NCBI GenBank assembly: GCA_010405405.1
Contig: MU004246.1
Coordinates: 248,001 to 312,000 of the forward strand
Origin: Microthyrium microscopicum
Taxonomy: Eukaryota
Direction of reading: 5' to 3'
Length of the DNA stretch: 64,000 bases
In this document: one piece after another, positions 50,123 to 62,049 of the stretch
Position numbering within the stretch: position 1 is the stretch's first letter
Layout: each line of letters starts with the position of its first letter
The notes under the pieces: model-generated
What the model saw: only the letters and a program-made list of their open reading frames with translations
The model's database searches: none
Told to the model about the DNA's origin: nothing
Position numbers and translations under genes: made by a program

Positions 50123-50671
50123 GATATCAATTTCATACTTTTGCATTCCCGTTTTAGCTTTATGTGCTAGTCAAAGGACATAGAGACGTTCTGGAAGATT
50201 TTGTTTGATAGTTTGGCCCCACAAGCACATTATGATTCTGTACTACTTATAACAGGTATCTTTGTCCGCCTGTTCGAACTCGACGAAGTCATTCTTCACG
50301 GTCCACACAGGAAAATTGTCGGATAAAATGAGTAAGAAGATCCGGAAAAACGAAATGAAAACAATGTGGCAGTTTGTAATTTAGGTCTCCAATGCCTACT
50401 TCAATTTCCCAGGACAACCTCAACCTCATTTTCATCAAACCCCGGGCTCCATGCTATTAGCTTCACATACCGGACAATGTGCACTGAAAGACCCATATAC
50501 CTGACCCAAACAGCAAGAAGTACGCCTGTAATCTTAATAAGAATCAATAGCATAACGACATGTAAACATATAAGCCCAATCACCAAGAAAATCCTGAACG
50601 ACACTCCACTCTGCCAATAGTTAACGCTGTTCAGTAGGCATAAGTCAGCGCAGCCTTCAGTATGTCTGATA

Positions 50672-52139
50672 TTATTTAACCCGTTCTGTCGAATCCCTTC
50701 CATTATCAGTGCCTTCCGAACTCGTCGGGGTCAGTATGCCAGCATCATCCGACGATGAAGCAACAGAAGCAGCGACTGTAGCGGGAATAGCAGCCGAAGC
50801 CTAAAGATTTGTTAGAAGTCAGTCAAATCAAGCGCACAGTGGATAACCTTCTGGACTCTAAAGTATAATGAACAAGGGGCTTGACTTCTAATCCCATGAG
50901 CTACGAAGTCCGCCAATCTCCTGAACCAGAAATCTGGTATTGAAATCGGATGGAGTTCGTAGTTCATGGGTCATTGATCAAACCATTCGCTGATTGTTAC
51001 TTCAGTAGCCTCCCTGCCTACATCAACGCAAGAATACATACCTCATTGATCTCTCTTTTAATTCTTTGAAGTCTCTGGCGGTGCTCACGCTGTTCCAAGA
51101 TCCGGTTTGTGATCTCCTCGTCGGTTTGGTTTTTTCTATCCGTGAACTTTCCGGTGCACTGGTGTATTTCCAGCTTGTTCTCTACGGCATGCAGTCTCAG
51201 TTGTAGCTCGTCTATGTTCTTTTGGAGCCGGATATGTTCAAACTCCTGAGGAGACTTGATACTGCTACCTTGGTGTTCAGTGCCGAATATGTCGTTGTAT
51301 GGTACAGAAAGAACTCCCGTGGTCTTCGTACTGCTTTTGTTCCATCCGGACTTGTTTCCTACCGCACGCTGTTGCGCTAGTAGTAGATCTCCAAAATCTC
51401 GTGGTTCCCGAAGTGTGCACTCTGGAACTTTAAAGTCAATCATCTTGAAATCTGCATGACGGGACTCCTTGGCATTTGTACTGGGCTTGTCCACTTCTGG
51501 CTTGTTTTCCGAGGCACGCGGTCTCGATTCTAGCATATCTTTACACTTTTGCAGTATCTGCTGCCATTCATGTGGGTAGTCAAGATGGTCCAAATTGTTC
51601 GTTTGTGCATGATGGGTTTCCGTGGTGTTCGTACTGCGCTCGTCTACTTCAGGCTTGATATCTGCGGCTTGCAGCTTGGCCTGGAGTTCATTGATAGTGT
51701 CTTGCAGTTGCATGATTTCGGAAATATGGAGTTTTTGATCCACTGCCTGCTTATCCCTAGTGGCCTGTAATGTCGCAATCAACGCATCGATGGCGTCTTG
51801 GAGGTTGTGGATTCTTGTTCTTGAGTTTTCGGGGTCGATTCTGCCCGTGCAGGCCAAAACTACGAGTATAATGCCGAATATAAGCAGCACCGTGGCAATA
51901 ACCGCGAGGACGGTATACAAGGTATGCTCAAATCGAGGAAGGGCGTCGTATCTCTGCTCTATAATGTCCCATAGCTTCTCGGTCGGCGGCTCTGGACATT
52001 TTGGCGTTGAAGAGGACGAGGAACGCAAGATCATTTGAGGAAGGTCGTCTGACTCAGCCACTCTGAGCATTTTTTCCATCCTGTCCAGGATTGAACGGAT
52101 GGAGTTGATGTTTTGAGCGATAAACACGGTGGTAAACAT
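50672..52139 (-). CDS. Orphan single-pass membrane coiled-coil protein (paralogue B)
   Basis: Exons 52139-51042 and 50800-50672 (GTATGT...CTAAC...TAG). Shares the PEP....WDI...R...VLAV motif and the last-exon position with paralogue A. Confidence 0.75.
50893..50970. repeat. 78-bp imperfect hairpin (fold-back) within the intron of paralogue B
   Basis: CCCATGAGCTACGAAGTCC / GGAGTTCGTAGTTCATGGG pair at 17 of 19 positions; the centre is ACCAGA-aa-TCTGGT. Confidence 0.75.
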
Positions 52140-53510
52140 CTTTCTGAGGAGGATGCCGTCTATGGCTGTATCGAGGCAAATTCGAAAGAAGAGAATATGA
52201 AAGAAGAAAAGAGCAGGGTAGGAATCTGTCGAATTGATCCGAGAAGTTGCAGTTTTTGAGCCAGACTTTGAGTGCGTTAGACGTACTGCCAGGCACCCAT
52301 ACGTTCTGTACCAAAGTTTTGCGATTTCTCATGAGACACGTCAGTGAATATTATCTCCTGGTACGAACTATCGCATTAGTCCCCAAGAAATGATGCTATC
52401 GAACGCAGTGAAGAGAGGATTGGAATGCCCAGATGGGATTCGATGACTTCCGCCTGTCTAAAGAAATCCTAGTTTATTGTCCTTGCTGTCGAAGACAACG
52501 ATGATGGGGGTAGCGCATTTGTTCTTCCTAATGGATGTTTTCAGATAACGTAGTCGTATGCGAACGAGCTCGCTGTTTGTCTACCCGATATGGACGCAAG
52601 TCTTTTCAATGCTTGTCAACATTCTTCTTCAGCAAGCACGATGGAATCAATACAATGCTCCGGCCCCAATGCACTTATCATGTCGTTCCTACTTGGACTA
52701 AGAAATTGTTTTTTGACAAGACAGGCGCGACCTCATCTGCTCCCATATGAAAACCAACCGCTCTGAACAAGGGCAATCAATCCACCTCAACACCACACTC
52801 AAAGCCATCACAATGGCCGATTCAGACACCGATGTAATTAACAGATCGTATATTCACCAAACTCGTCATCGCTCATAACAACCTCCATGAACCCTCTCCA
52901 TACTACCTCAAAGGCTGCACCCTCTGCACCCTCTGCGACCTCACCCTACCCACACACCCCTACACCACTCGCCCCCAAGACTACGTGGCTGCTCTCCGCA
53001 AGTACCACCAAGCCCTCTGTTTTCGGGTGGTCGTTATGCTTCTCTTGAGCCTGCTACTTTGTCTTTCCTGGCACGTGAGGTCTCATCTCGTTGCATTCGT
53101 TTTTCATGTGATATGTGAGTGTGTAATTAATTGCTTTGATTTTGGCAGATTTGTTTGATGGCTGGTTGGACGAGTCAAGAGGGGTCCAGTTGCCGATGTG
53201 GAGAAGGTTCTGGGGAAGATGGCAGTTTCGGGTTACATCGACGTGGCAATGGTGTGTAGCTTGTGGGGATGCGGAGGTGATGAGTGCTGATGATGGTTGT
53301 AGTGATTTCGAGGATCGATCATCAATGGTACGATGGTATGAGAGCGGTTGAGCTTGATTGGGAGTTTCGGCGGCATGAGACGGCAAGGTGGATGCAATTT
53401 GATGGAGAAGAGCACACTCGATGCGCAGTATCGAGTTTCATGAAGGTCAGGCACTTCTGACAATGAATATCTTCTCATCATGCATGGCATTAAAATTCCC
53501 TCTTCCACAT

Positions 53511-54437
53511 CTACTGCTGCCCACTCTCCCAACCCACCAACTCCATGCCTTTTTCGCCCAACCAATTCAGATCTTTCTTGATATCCCTGCCCTCCGACCC
53601 AGGCTCCCCATCCCCATATGCGTAAAATTGTATACCCAGAAATAAATCACACGCCGCTTGGAAAACACCGCATATCTTGAACGCCCACGGCACATCACCC
53701 GACCCCTTCGCAAAGAAAAACACCATCTTGAAACAATCACCCACCAACCAATTCGCTAGCACGCTTAGCCGGAACCCTTTACACCCCCGTCTTCGATGAT
53801 TGGCGAGGATTTGTGGTATGGGCAGCAGTGCTTCAATTCCGAGCGCTATATAGCCAAGTAGATCTGCGTATCCATCAAAGGAGCCAAAGAGGAGTTGCAT
53901 GGCGATGAGAGTGATGGTGAAGTAGCCCAGAAAGGACCAGTAGGGATGTGCAGTCCGCCAGCGCCAGAAGTTGTAGGGGCGCGGGATGTCGAATTCGGAG
54001 GAGTTTACGGATTGGAAGGGTTGGGAGGATGGGGAGATTGGGCGGTGGGTGAGGGCGACGTGGAGGAGGAGGGATTGCATTATTATCATGACGATTGCTT
54101 GGATTAGGAGGGCGCGGTCGAAGTGGACGCCGAACCAGTAGAAGATTCTAACCAGATGTTAGCGAATCCAGTTCGACGTATTTGTACAGGATGGGGCACT
54201 TCTTGTGTCTTCAAGTGGGCTTACTTTAGTATCGACGCTACGAGCATAATAAGCGGTATGTCTAGAGAGAATCCAGCCGAGGTTCGCGTCCGGTGGATTG
54301 AGTATATTTGGTCAGCATAGGAGGTTATAGGTGATGTAATAAGACTATTGACTATCAGCGTTTGTATCTGCAATTCCATTCTGTTCAACGTACAATATAG
54401 GCGCAATATGGTCAATCAACCAGCCAAAGACCCCCAT
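53511..54437 (-). CDS. PQ-loop protein (PQLC1/SLC66A2/Any1-like)
   Basis: Three exons starting MGVFGWLIDHIAPIFLITSPITSYADQ. Motifs SAGFSLDIPLIMLVASILK, EALLPIPQILAN and GFRLSVLANWLVGD. Confidence 0.9.
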
Positions 54438-54959
54438 TTTGCTAACTGTGAATGACGGCGCGGATAATGTTATATTGAAACGGAAAGTCGCGGTAAAGAA
54501 GGCAGCAGCATTGTCTGCAAGCAAAAGGGAGCGCAGGTGAGCAGAGATATTGGGCGAAAGGTTCTACAACGAAGGGAGGGATCGAAGAGAGGAGCAGCGC
54601 AAATGAAGAGTTGATTACCCAAAGATGAAGTTGAGATGGGAATTCAGGAGTCGTAGAATTTTTGAGATTTCTGGCTTCTCCTGCGCGGTTGCCGCCAACT
54701 TTCCGCGCCGAGCCGGGATGATCCTTGTCTAGCGTTCAGCTAACAATTTAAGCTTATTTTCTCAACTCCCTTTCCTGCATCCTCCAATACCAATTATTGA
54801 CATTCGACGAAACTCATTATTTGTACCACAACAATAAGATGGAAGATGAGAGTCTCATCATCGCCATAGCTCCATATAAATAATAAGCTGTAGTACAGAG
54901 GAAACAGAATTGCATAGCCAAACCATTAATTATATCTAATCATACATTCATTATGCCTA

Positions 54960-57900
54960 CTATTCTGCATCAATTGGTATCACTTCGATCAGTTGCACCG
55001 AAGCATCGGTCTGATCCACATCTGCTTCCTCTAACCCCCTTTGTTCAGCTTCAATATGTATAGTTTCCTGTCGCTCCAATGGAGCTGCGATATGTGCCGC
55101 TTCCTGTTGTTCCATTGAAGCCTCGATATGTGTCGCCTCCTGCTGTTCCGCTGCAGCCTCGATATTTATCGCTTCCTGCGGTAATATGGGAGGTTCTGGT
55201 GGCTCAGCCTCCCGCCGTTCCACTGGAGGTTCACTCTGCTCCGCTTCCTGCGGTTCCATTTGGGGGCCATTTTGTTCCGGTGCTTTGTGCTCCGCTGGAG
55301 GTTCATCCTGCTCCGCTTCCTTTCGCGCTGGAAGCTCAGTCAGCTCAGCTTGTTCCACCAGAATTTCAATCGGCTGTGCCTTCTTTTCTTTTACCACAAC
55401 TACGCTCTCATCCGCTTCCTTGTGGTCCAATGGAACACCAGTTTGCTCGGCTTCCTTTTGCGCTACTGGAGCTTCTTTCTGATCCGCTTCTAACAGTACT
55501 GGAGCATCTTGCCGCTGCGCTTCATTTTGTAGTGGAACGCCATTTTGTTCCACTGTCTTTTGCTCCGCTTCTTTTGCATCTAATTCCTCCTTTTTCTTCT
55601 CCTTCCGCCCAATCTCTTGTTCCTTGTAAAGTTCCTGCAGCTTCTCTCTCATCTTTTTCCGCCGGTCAGCACAATCAACCTCCCAAGGCGTAAAGCTGTT
55701 TGTCATTAACTTCTGGCCAAACTCCGTCGGATTTTCTCGTAGCTTCTTGTAGTAATCGCACACAAAAATTCCACAGTCCCAAAGATTGTCCTGCGTCGGA
55801 ATATTTTTGAGGTTGACACCTTGCAAGATTTTGCGGTCAAGGTCCTTGCCCAGCTTGTCCTTCGCCTCGGCGATGAGGTACTCCTTGAGATTCTTGGTTA
55901 CATCTTGGTGCAGGTGACCAAGCGGATCCAACGTGTAGATAGTTACTTTCGGTGGGGGTTCTTGGCTATCTGGAATTGTGTAGTCGCTGAAGAGATTTGG
56001 TGGAAACTTGGCAATGGCCATGAACCAATGCATATGTTGGCAGACCGGAAAAACCACGAGATCTTGTTCGAAAATGTTGACGTCTTTAGTCCAACGAGCA
56101 ACGGCCTGGTGTTGAATCTTGGTACCGGTGCCGTCGCCAGTCAAAGCAACATAGAAGTGTGAATTGTGGGCAAAGACTTTAGCGCCTGATTCTTCGAGCG
56201 GGTGGATCTCCTCCTGATATCGCATATTAAACTGTATCAAGTTGTCGTTGAGAAATTCGCCATCGTCAAGCCGCTCGAGATCCTCAAAGTTGACATGAGC
56301 TCTCCGCTTGCCCTCCTTTGGGTACGTTAGTCCTCGTTTGTCCCAGGGTTTCCCAAGGCCAGTGACAACGGAAAAGCGATGGATGGGAGGCGCAGGCGGA
56401 GTAGGAGATTTTGGCTTTGCTCGTGTGTTTCTCTTAGGATTCTGGCGAGTGCCAATAAATGTCTCGACTACATTCTGCCCGGACTGCGAACTTAAAGTGT
56501 TTTGGGGCCGTTGTACTCCAGATTTCGGAGCATATCTGCTGGCTCTAGTACTCAGCGTCTTAATGCCGGTATCCAAAGCATTCTGAGAGGCAAGGATTTC
56601 ATTGTTTGCTGCCCGCAAAGCGGCGGTTCGTTTCATTTTAGCACCTGGAGGTGGCAGTACGGATGCACCGGTTTGATCGTTAGAAAGAAGATTAACGGAA
56701 TCTGTATTTGTATTGCTGAGGTCAATTCGCCTCAGCAAATTCGCTGTTTGAGATGGTGGCGATTCTGACGTGGCTTTCTGCGTATCGTCGGTGATAAAGG
56801 CCTGCCATGTCTGATGAGGGAGATCTTTGATCACCTTTCGGTTTTCTTCGATCGTGTTGCGCAAGAGACCATCCATCAAAGGGCATGAGTTCAAGACTCC
56901 GGAAATCCTCGCTAACGCGCCATTTGTGATATCGGAGAGTTGCATTCTCGTTGCTTTGTCTGGGCCTTCGGCAGGTGCGACGCTCGAGATTATCTTTTGA
57001 TGTAGCTGGTAGTAGCTGTCAGTGATATTCTGGGCCCACTTTCGAATGGTGTCATCGTTTGGGGATTGTGGAGAGTGATGATGATATGCGACACCCTCGA
57101 GCATTTTCTGGAGCTGCCCAATGTTGTGTCGTATTGCACCATCCATTGTGGGGTTGTGCTCAAGCAAGGGGCGGAGTTCATCAAGAGCCCCCTTGGCCGC
57201 GTTTTCGAGTTCAGTTTGAGCAACTGGGTCGAGAAACATGTTTGATGGGAGGTTGCCACCCAAAGTATCACGTACGTGAGAGTATTCGTTCCGGATCCCA
57301 TTGACCACAGCCCGTATCCCTGAATCATCCAAACGGGCCACTGGGAGACTGTATAAGTCGCTTGAAGGCTGTTCTGTATTCTTGGCCAGACCGCTGGTTC
57401 CTGGATCTGGAGCAGGGATGGGTTGGCTTTGCCAAAATCGACTAACATCCAATGAATGTTGCCCCGACAAGGTAGATTTAGGGATCGCTCGACTGCTCCC
57501 AGCATGATCATCACTATTGGCGAATATTTGCCGGAGCTTATTGATCTTGTTTTCGAGCCAAATAACGCTCTGCGGGCGCCAATTGAGCGTTCTGAAGTGT
57601 GGCTGAACATATTCGACAAACCGAGAAGCATCCTCAACCGTCTGGAATGTGATCCCGATAGCAGAAATGCGCTGAGTGAGCACATGCATTGGGCCAGAAC
57701 AGTAGATGTATTTCGTTCCTTGGTAATAGTTGACGGTGGATATCAGATGAAATGGGACTTCGTGGTCTATAGTTTCCTCCTTGACAAGTAGGCATTTGTT
57801 GCCTATCGCTGTTTTTCTGACGTGGCAAGTTAGTATCTCATCGGACAAGCGTACTTGACATCCCGGAACATCGAGCATCAGCTCTTCGGCAATGATAGGA

Positions 57901-59144
57901 GCTCCATTGCTCTTCACAGGACGCACGACACTCTGACGCATTTTCGGAGCTGGGCCAGATTTGCCATTCTTTTGCTGTCGTTGTTGCTGTTGTTGTCGGA
58001 CGGGTGTTTGTGCCGAACCCGAAGTGCTGCCAGTCGTATTGCTACCCATTCCATGCATAAGCTTGTGGAGTTTGTCCGCAAGCGGAGGCGAGCTAGCAAG
58101 TTGAGTACGTGGCGGGGCCATCTCGTCAAACCGCTTTGCGCGTTTTTTCTGCGCCGAGTCGATTTTTCCAAGCTCATCCGAAAGGTCGTCTTCAAGATCG
58201 ATGTAGTCGGCTATCTGTCCCATCTTGCGTTTCGAAGATCTAGTAGGGCCGCTGTTTTCGGGAGGATCTGGCGGAAAAGCGCCTGGCATCTCCTTCTTCT
58301 TGGGAATTCGTTTTCCAGCGACAGTGTGTCTAGGATCTCTGGAGGGAGCAGGACTTGAAACAGGTCGTTCCAGCGTGATCTCAAAACCCAGATCGTCGTT
58401 CACTGGAGCTCGTGCTTCTTGAAGAGCGGCACCCTGTTCATTGATCAGCTGTACGCTGGGATCCATACGACGTCTCTTGCTATTTGCCTCGGCCAATTGG
58501 ACGTCCAGTGGCATCTCGGCTTTGCGCTTCGACGGCCCGGGGGATAGTTGAGATGGGTACGAGCCCATATTTCGATGTTTTGGGTTCATAAGAGCCTCCA
58601 GACCAACAGACTCACTGATACCGCTGATATCAATTACAGGTAGGTTGAGGAAACCAGCAAGTGACGGTAGACAATTAGGCTTATGCTGAGGAGAGTTCAG
58701 CGGTTGACCATGCTTCTTTATCACACTAGCCAGAGCAGTCGACTTGTGTGGATCGTGAGTGCTGGATCGAGTGTTTATCTCAGCCTGAAGTGTCTGCACT
58801 GAGCTGGCCTGAGATGCCGACTCTCGTCGCTTTAATGCTCTCTTTTGTTCGTTGTTCACACCTCGCTCACGAGACTGGCGGCTGTTGGATGTTTGGTACT
58901 GTCGGACATGCGTTATTTGCGTATCATCACTTTCCGGGTCATCGAGGAGGCTGACAGTTTTGGTCTTGCGAGGTGGTGGGTCGTAATCGTACTTTTTTCG
59001 TTTCACTGGATCCTGGACCGCGTCTCGGCCACGAAGTTCGCGAGTGAGAAAAGGGCCCAAGGGCTTTTTAGTTGCTGTTAAGTTGCCTAGTCGATTCGTG
59101 GGCTTGAAACCATATCCGCTTCCTGGATTTTTCTTTCCCGGCAT
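54960..59144 (-). CDS. Ulp-family (peptidase C48) SUMO protease, Ulp2-like
   Basis: 1394-aa ORF with DLERLDDGEFLNDNLI, WTKDVNIF, HWF (catalytic His), TLDPL (Asp) and QDNLWDCG (Cys); acidic repetitive tail. Confidence 0.9.
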   Translation of the reverse strand: MPGKKNPGSGYGFKPTNRLGNLTATKKPLGPFLTRELRGRDAVQDPVKRKKYDYDPPPRKTKTVSLLDDPESDDTQITHVRQYQTSNSRQSRERGVNNEQKRALKRRESASQASSVQTLQAEINTRSSTHDPHKSTALASVIKKHGQPLNSPQHKPNCLPSLAGFLNLPVIDISGISESVGLEALMNPKHRNMGSYPSQLSPGPSKRKAEMPLDVQLAEANSKRRRMDPSVQLINEQGAALQEARAPVNDDLGFEITLERPVSSPAPSRDPRHTVAGKRIPKKKEMPGAFPPDPPENSGPTRSSKRKMGQIADYIDLEDDLSDELGKIDSAQKKRAKRFDEMAPPRTQLASSPPLADKLHKLMHGMGSNTTGSTSGSAQTPVRQQQQQRQQKNGKSGPAPKMRQSVVRPVKSNGAPIIAEELMLDVPGCQVRLSDEILTCHVRKTAIGNKCLLVKEETIDHEVPFHLISTVNYYQGTKYIYCSGPMHVLTQRISAIGITFQTVEDASRFVEYVQPHFRTLNWRPQSVIWLENKINKLRQIFANSDDHAGSSRAIPKSTLSGQHSLDVSRFWQSQPIPAPDPGTSGLAKNTEQPSSDLYSLPVARLDDSGIRAVVNGIRNEYSHVRDTLGGNLPSNMFLDPVAQTELENAAKGALDELRPLLEHNPTMDGAIRHNIGQLQKMLEGVAYHHHSPQSPNDDTIRKWAQNITDSYYQLHQKIISSVAPAEGPDKATRMQLSDITNGALARISGVLNSCPLMDGLLRNTIEENRKVIKDLPHQTWQAFITDDTQKATSESPPSQTANLLRRIDLSNTNTDSVNLLSNDQTGASVLPPPGAKMKRTAALRAANNEILASQNALDTGIKTLSTRASRYAPKSGVQRPQNTLSSQSGQNVVETFIGTRQNPKRNTRAKPKSPTPPAPPIHRFSVVTGLGKPWDKRGLTYPKEGKRRAHVNFEDLERLDDGEFLNDNLIQFNMRYQEEIHPLEESGAKVFAHNSHFYVALTGDGTGTKIQHQAVARWTKDVNIFEQDLVVFPVCQHMHWFMAIAKFPPNLFSDYTIPDSQEPPPKVTIYTLDPLGHLHQDVTKNLKEYLIAEAKDKLGKDLDRKILQGVNLKNIPTQDNLWDCGIFVCDYYKKLRENPTEFGQKLMTNSFTPWEVDCADRRKKMREKLQELYKEQEIGRKEKKKEELDAKEAEQKTVEQNGVPLQNEAQRQDAPVLLEADQKEAPVAQKEAEQTGVPLDHKEADESVVVVKEKKAQPIEILVEQAELTELPARKEAEQDEPPAEHKAPEQNGPQMEPQEAEQSEPPVERREAEPPEPPILPQEAINIEAAAEQQEATHIEASMEQQEAAHIAAPLERQETIHIEAEQRGLEEADVDQTDASVQLIEVIPIDAE

Positions 59145-60339
59145 TGTCCTGCTCGAATGCAGCTTGGAAAACGAATATGAAGATGGTGAAGATGTCGCAA
59201 AGTATAAAGTTTCTGTCTGTTGGAATATAAGCTGACCATATCTCCAAGTAGCGCGTCTCGTATAAGCTCACCGTGTCAACAGAATGGCGAATGGCGAGTT
59301 ATCCTGTGAGATTCCGAAGCTTTGACGATGTGAAGTTGTGAGGGATCAATGTGGCAGTCTAGACAGCGTAAAAGATCCTGAGCGATGGCGAAGGTAGAAA
59401 GGATGGTCGGGAGAGGGGCTGTCATTGCGGAGTAGCGATTTTCGGGTTCGAGGGCGTGAGATAGGAGGTGAAATGCAGGCGCGAGTGCCGCGGAGGTAGG
59501 AGCGGGTGGTGAAGTTGTGGATTTGAGGCAAGTGAAGTTGGGTCACAACCCTTTGGGGCGGCAGGTGCAGTGGGTTGGTGCAGGTTGCGCCTTCCAGCAA
59601 CAATTTGTAGGCCACAACTTCAGTTTGTCTCTAAATGTCTCAGATACTACAAGTCTGTTTATTATTTTACTATCTTATATATATATGACTGAAACTGTTA
59701 GTCTACAATTTACGGCGTTTAAAAGTAGCCTACATTTCTACGCGCATGGCAAATTGTAGACGTAGCCATCTTGGGCTCTCCCAGAAATTGTACAGCTTTA
59801 CATCCTGTATACAAGCCATCAAACAATATAGCCATTGCCTAAAGGGCCTCATAGGAACTGCAACCCCGAATTTCCACGCAACTTGATATCTTAGCCAAGC
59901 AAACAAAGTCCTGAAATGCGCTTCACAGCGTATCTTATTTATCAACGCTACAGACCAAAACGCACCGTACCCCATGCAAATCATAGTAGTAATAGTAATA
60001 CAGCAATCATCCTGCCCATCCTATATCAAACAGTTCTTCCAATCCCATCGCTTCATCAAAAGACGAAAACCCTCCAGAAAACACAGCTTCTCATCAGCAA
60101 TGCTGCCAATACTCCAATCCCTCCTCCTCAGACCCTTCCATCTCAGAGCCCACCACCCCAGATCCCGCCATCTCAGATCCGACGGGCTGAAATCTGTCAT
60201 AACGGTCTCCGGTATGTGGGGATGGATTGTAGTTGCGAACCCACGGACGTCCGTACTACAGACCGGTGTTTTGATACGATCCATCATACTGAGTGGATGG
60301 TCCATGGATTGGAGGTGTGGGAGGATACGGGCCATCATA

Positions 60340-61521
60340 CTATGATGCCGGTGGGCCGTTGAGTTTCTCCTTGATGCTGGGGATGTTTGGGTTGTCGTCT
60401 TGCGATAGGGTGGTGCGGCGTTTCTCGTGTTGGCCTTTTTCGTGGCGGGCTTGATCGAGAGCGGATCGTTGGGCGATGCTGTCGTCGTGGGACTTCCATA
60501 CTATGTTGGTGTCGCCAGGCAGGTTTAGCACGCGCTTGACTGTCTCTCTGTGAATTTGGTTAGCAGATGATGGGTATAATCTGAGTGAATGGGTCATACC
60601 TGATCTTGATGTTACGACCGCCGTCATTCTTGGTCCAGATCGAAAAGACATCTTCGCCGCTTCGCACGCTCAAAACCGCACCACTGACTTCATCCGAAGC
60701 CTCGGCGAATTGGTCGCCGACAAGCGCCATGAGAAGATCTTCCCAGTAGCGGTCTGAGACGCCCTTCTTCAAGCGAATAATCCATTTCCCGCCGCGCTTG
60801 TTCTCTTCGTCTTCCCAGACTGGGCGTATTCCGTCTTTGAAGAAGTGGTAGTCGGATACAGTAGGGAGCTCTGATGGGCGCTTGAGATGGCTATACACGC
60901 GCCAGAATTGTTGCGCGGTCGAGAACTTGCACATGGCTTTGGTGGATTTCTCGTAGTCCGAGTTCTTGGATGTTGGTGGTCGGTACCAGATGACCCAGCT
61001 GTACTTTAGTGGCCAGGGTGTTCCACGGTCGGTGGAGTCTCTGGAATCATCGGGTGAGGTTGTTGCAGGAGTTTTGATAGATGTGGAGTGATTTCGTGCG
61101 GGTCCGGTTTTCTCTTTCTTTTCTGCGGATGGAGCTGAAGAGTTGGTCATGCCTACAGCTTTGCTGAAATCAAAGGCTGTTCCGGGAGTCTTTGGAGTTT
61201 TGGTAGCAGAGCCAAAGGAAGAAAAAGCGCCTGATCCAAGACCAAAAGCAGCCGAAGCTCCACCCGTGGGCGAGGATATGGAGTTTGTTGTCAATGGGGA
61301 CATGTTCTTGAAAGGATCGGATCGTCCGCCATGCGAGCTTCCTCCGCCAAAACGCTTGCTTTGAAAGAGACGAGCCGTGGATTCGGTGTCATTATTATCG
61401 TTGTGAGTCGCGAGGGAGAGTTTTGAAGAACTGTTTCAAAGATCTTGCGTTAGTTTGTAAAAGGCTAAAGAGATAATAGATCATACCCAGAGCGACGAGT
61501 CCAGAGGTTGTCGCGATCCAT
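60340..61521 (-). CDS. eIF4E-family cap-binding protein, class II (eIF4E2/4EHP-like)
   Basis: Exons 61521-61487, 61430-60600, 60547-60340. Motifs PLKYSWVIWY, DYEK (Tyr at the Trp56-equivalent position, diagnostic of class II) and FKDGIRPVWEDEENKRGGKW. Confidence 0.9.
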
Positions 61522-62049
61522 AGCGATGGACTAGTCAATAGAATGAGATATCAAGTAATGTACAACAGCTAGCGAAAGGGCTGAAGCTCTGGGCAGAGCT
61601 AGACCCAGGGTGTGAGAAGATTGGAGCGCAGAGATGGGTATAAAATAGCCGATTAGAGTTGAAGCAAGCAGGTGTTCCGAAGGAGTTTTGGGGATGAATT
61701 TTGCGAGGGTGCGGAGATGGCGCAGTGTCAGTTGATGGAGAGGAGAAGAGTCGAATGTTTGAGCAATGAGCAGCGGTATTGAGACGGTTCGGGCCAGTGG
61801 GCGTAATTATGAAGCAGTAGAGAGTATCAATTGTTGAATAGAGACGGGGGCGGGATGGAGATGATTCTGGGGACAATTGGAGAGTTGCAACTTGCAACAG
61901 TAGAGATTCAGAGACAGCAATGATCATGAATTGCCGCTCCACTCTTTCCTTTGGCCAAACTACCAAACTGGACAAGGGTTCCAAGCTAGGCCTGTTTGGG
62001 ATTTCTGCGGCTTGGCGCGAACCACAACTACATCCCAAACTTTTGCTGC

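Noticed and set aside
49888..50146. ORFs with (SSIFYLL)n
   Set aside because: Translation artefacts of the heptamer microsatellite.
52813..53351. Small Cys-containing gene on the plus strand
   Set aside because: An intron-like signal exists, but the ATG frame stops after 21 codons and a frameshift would be needed; unsupported.
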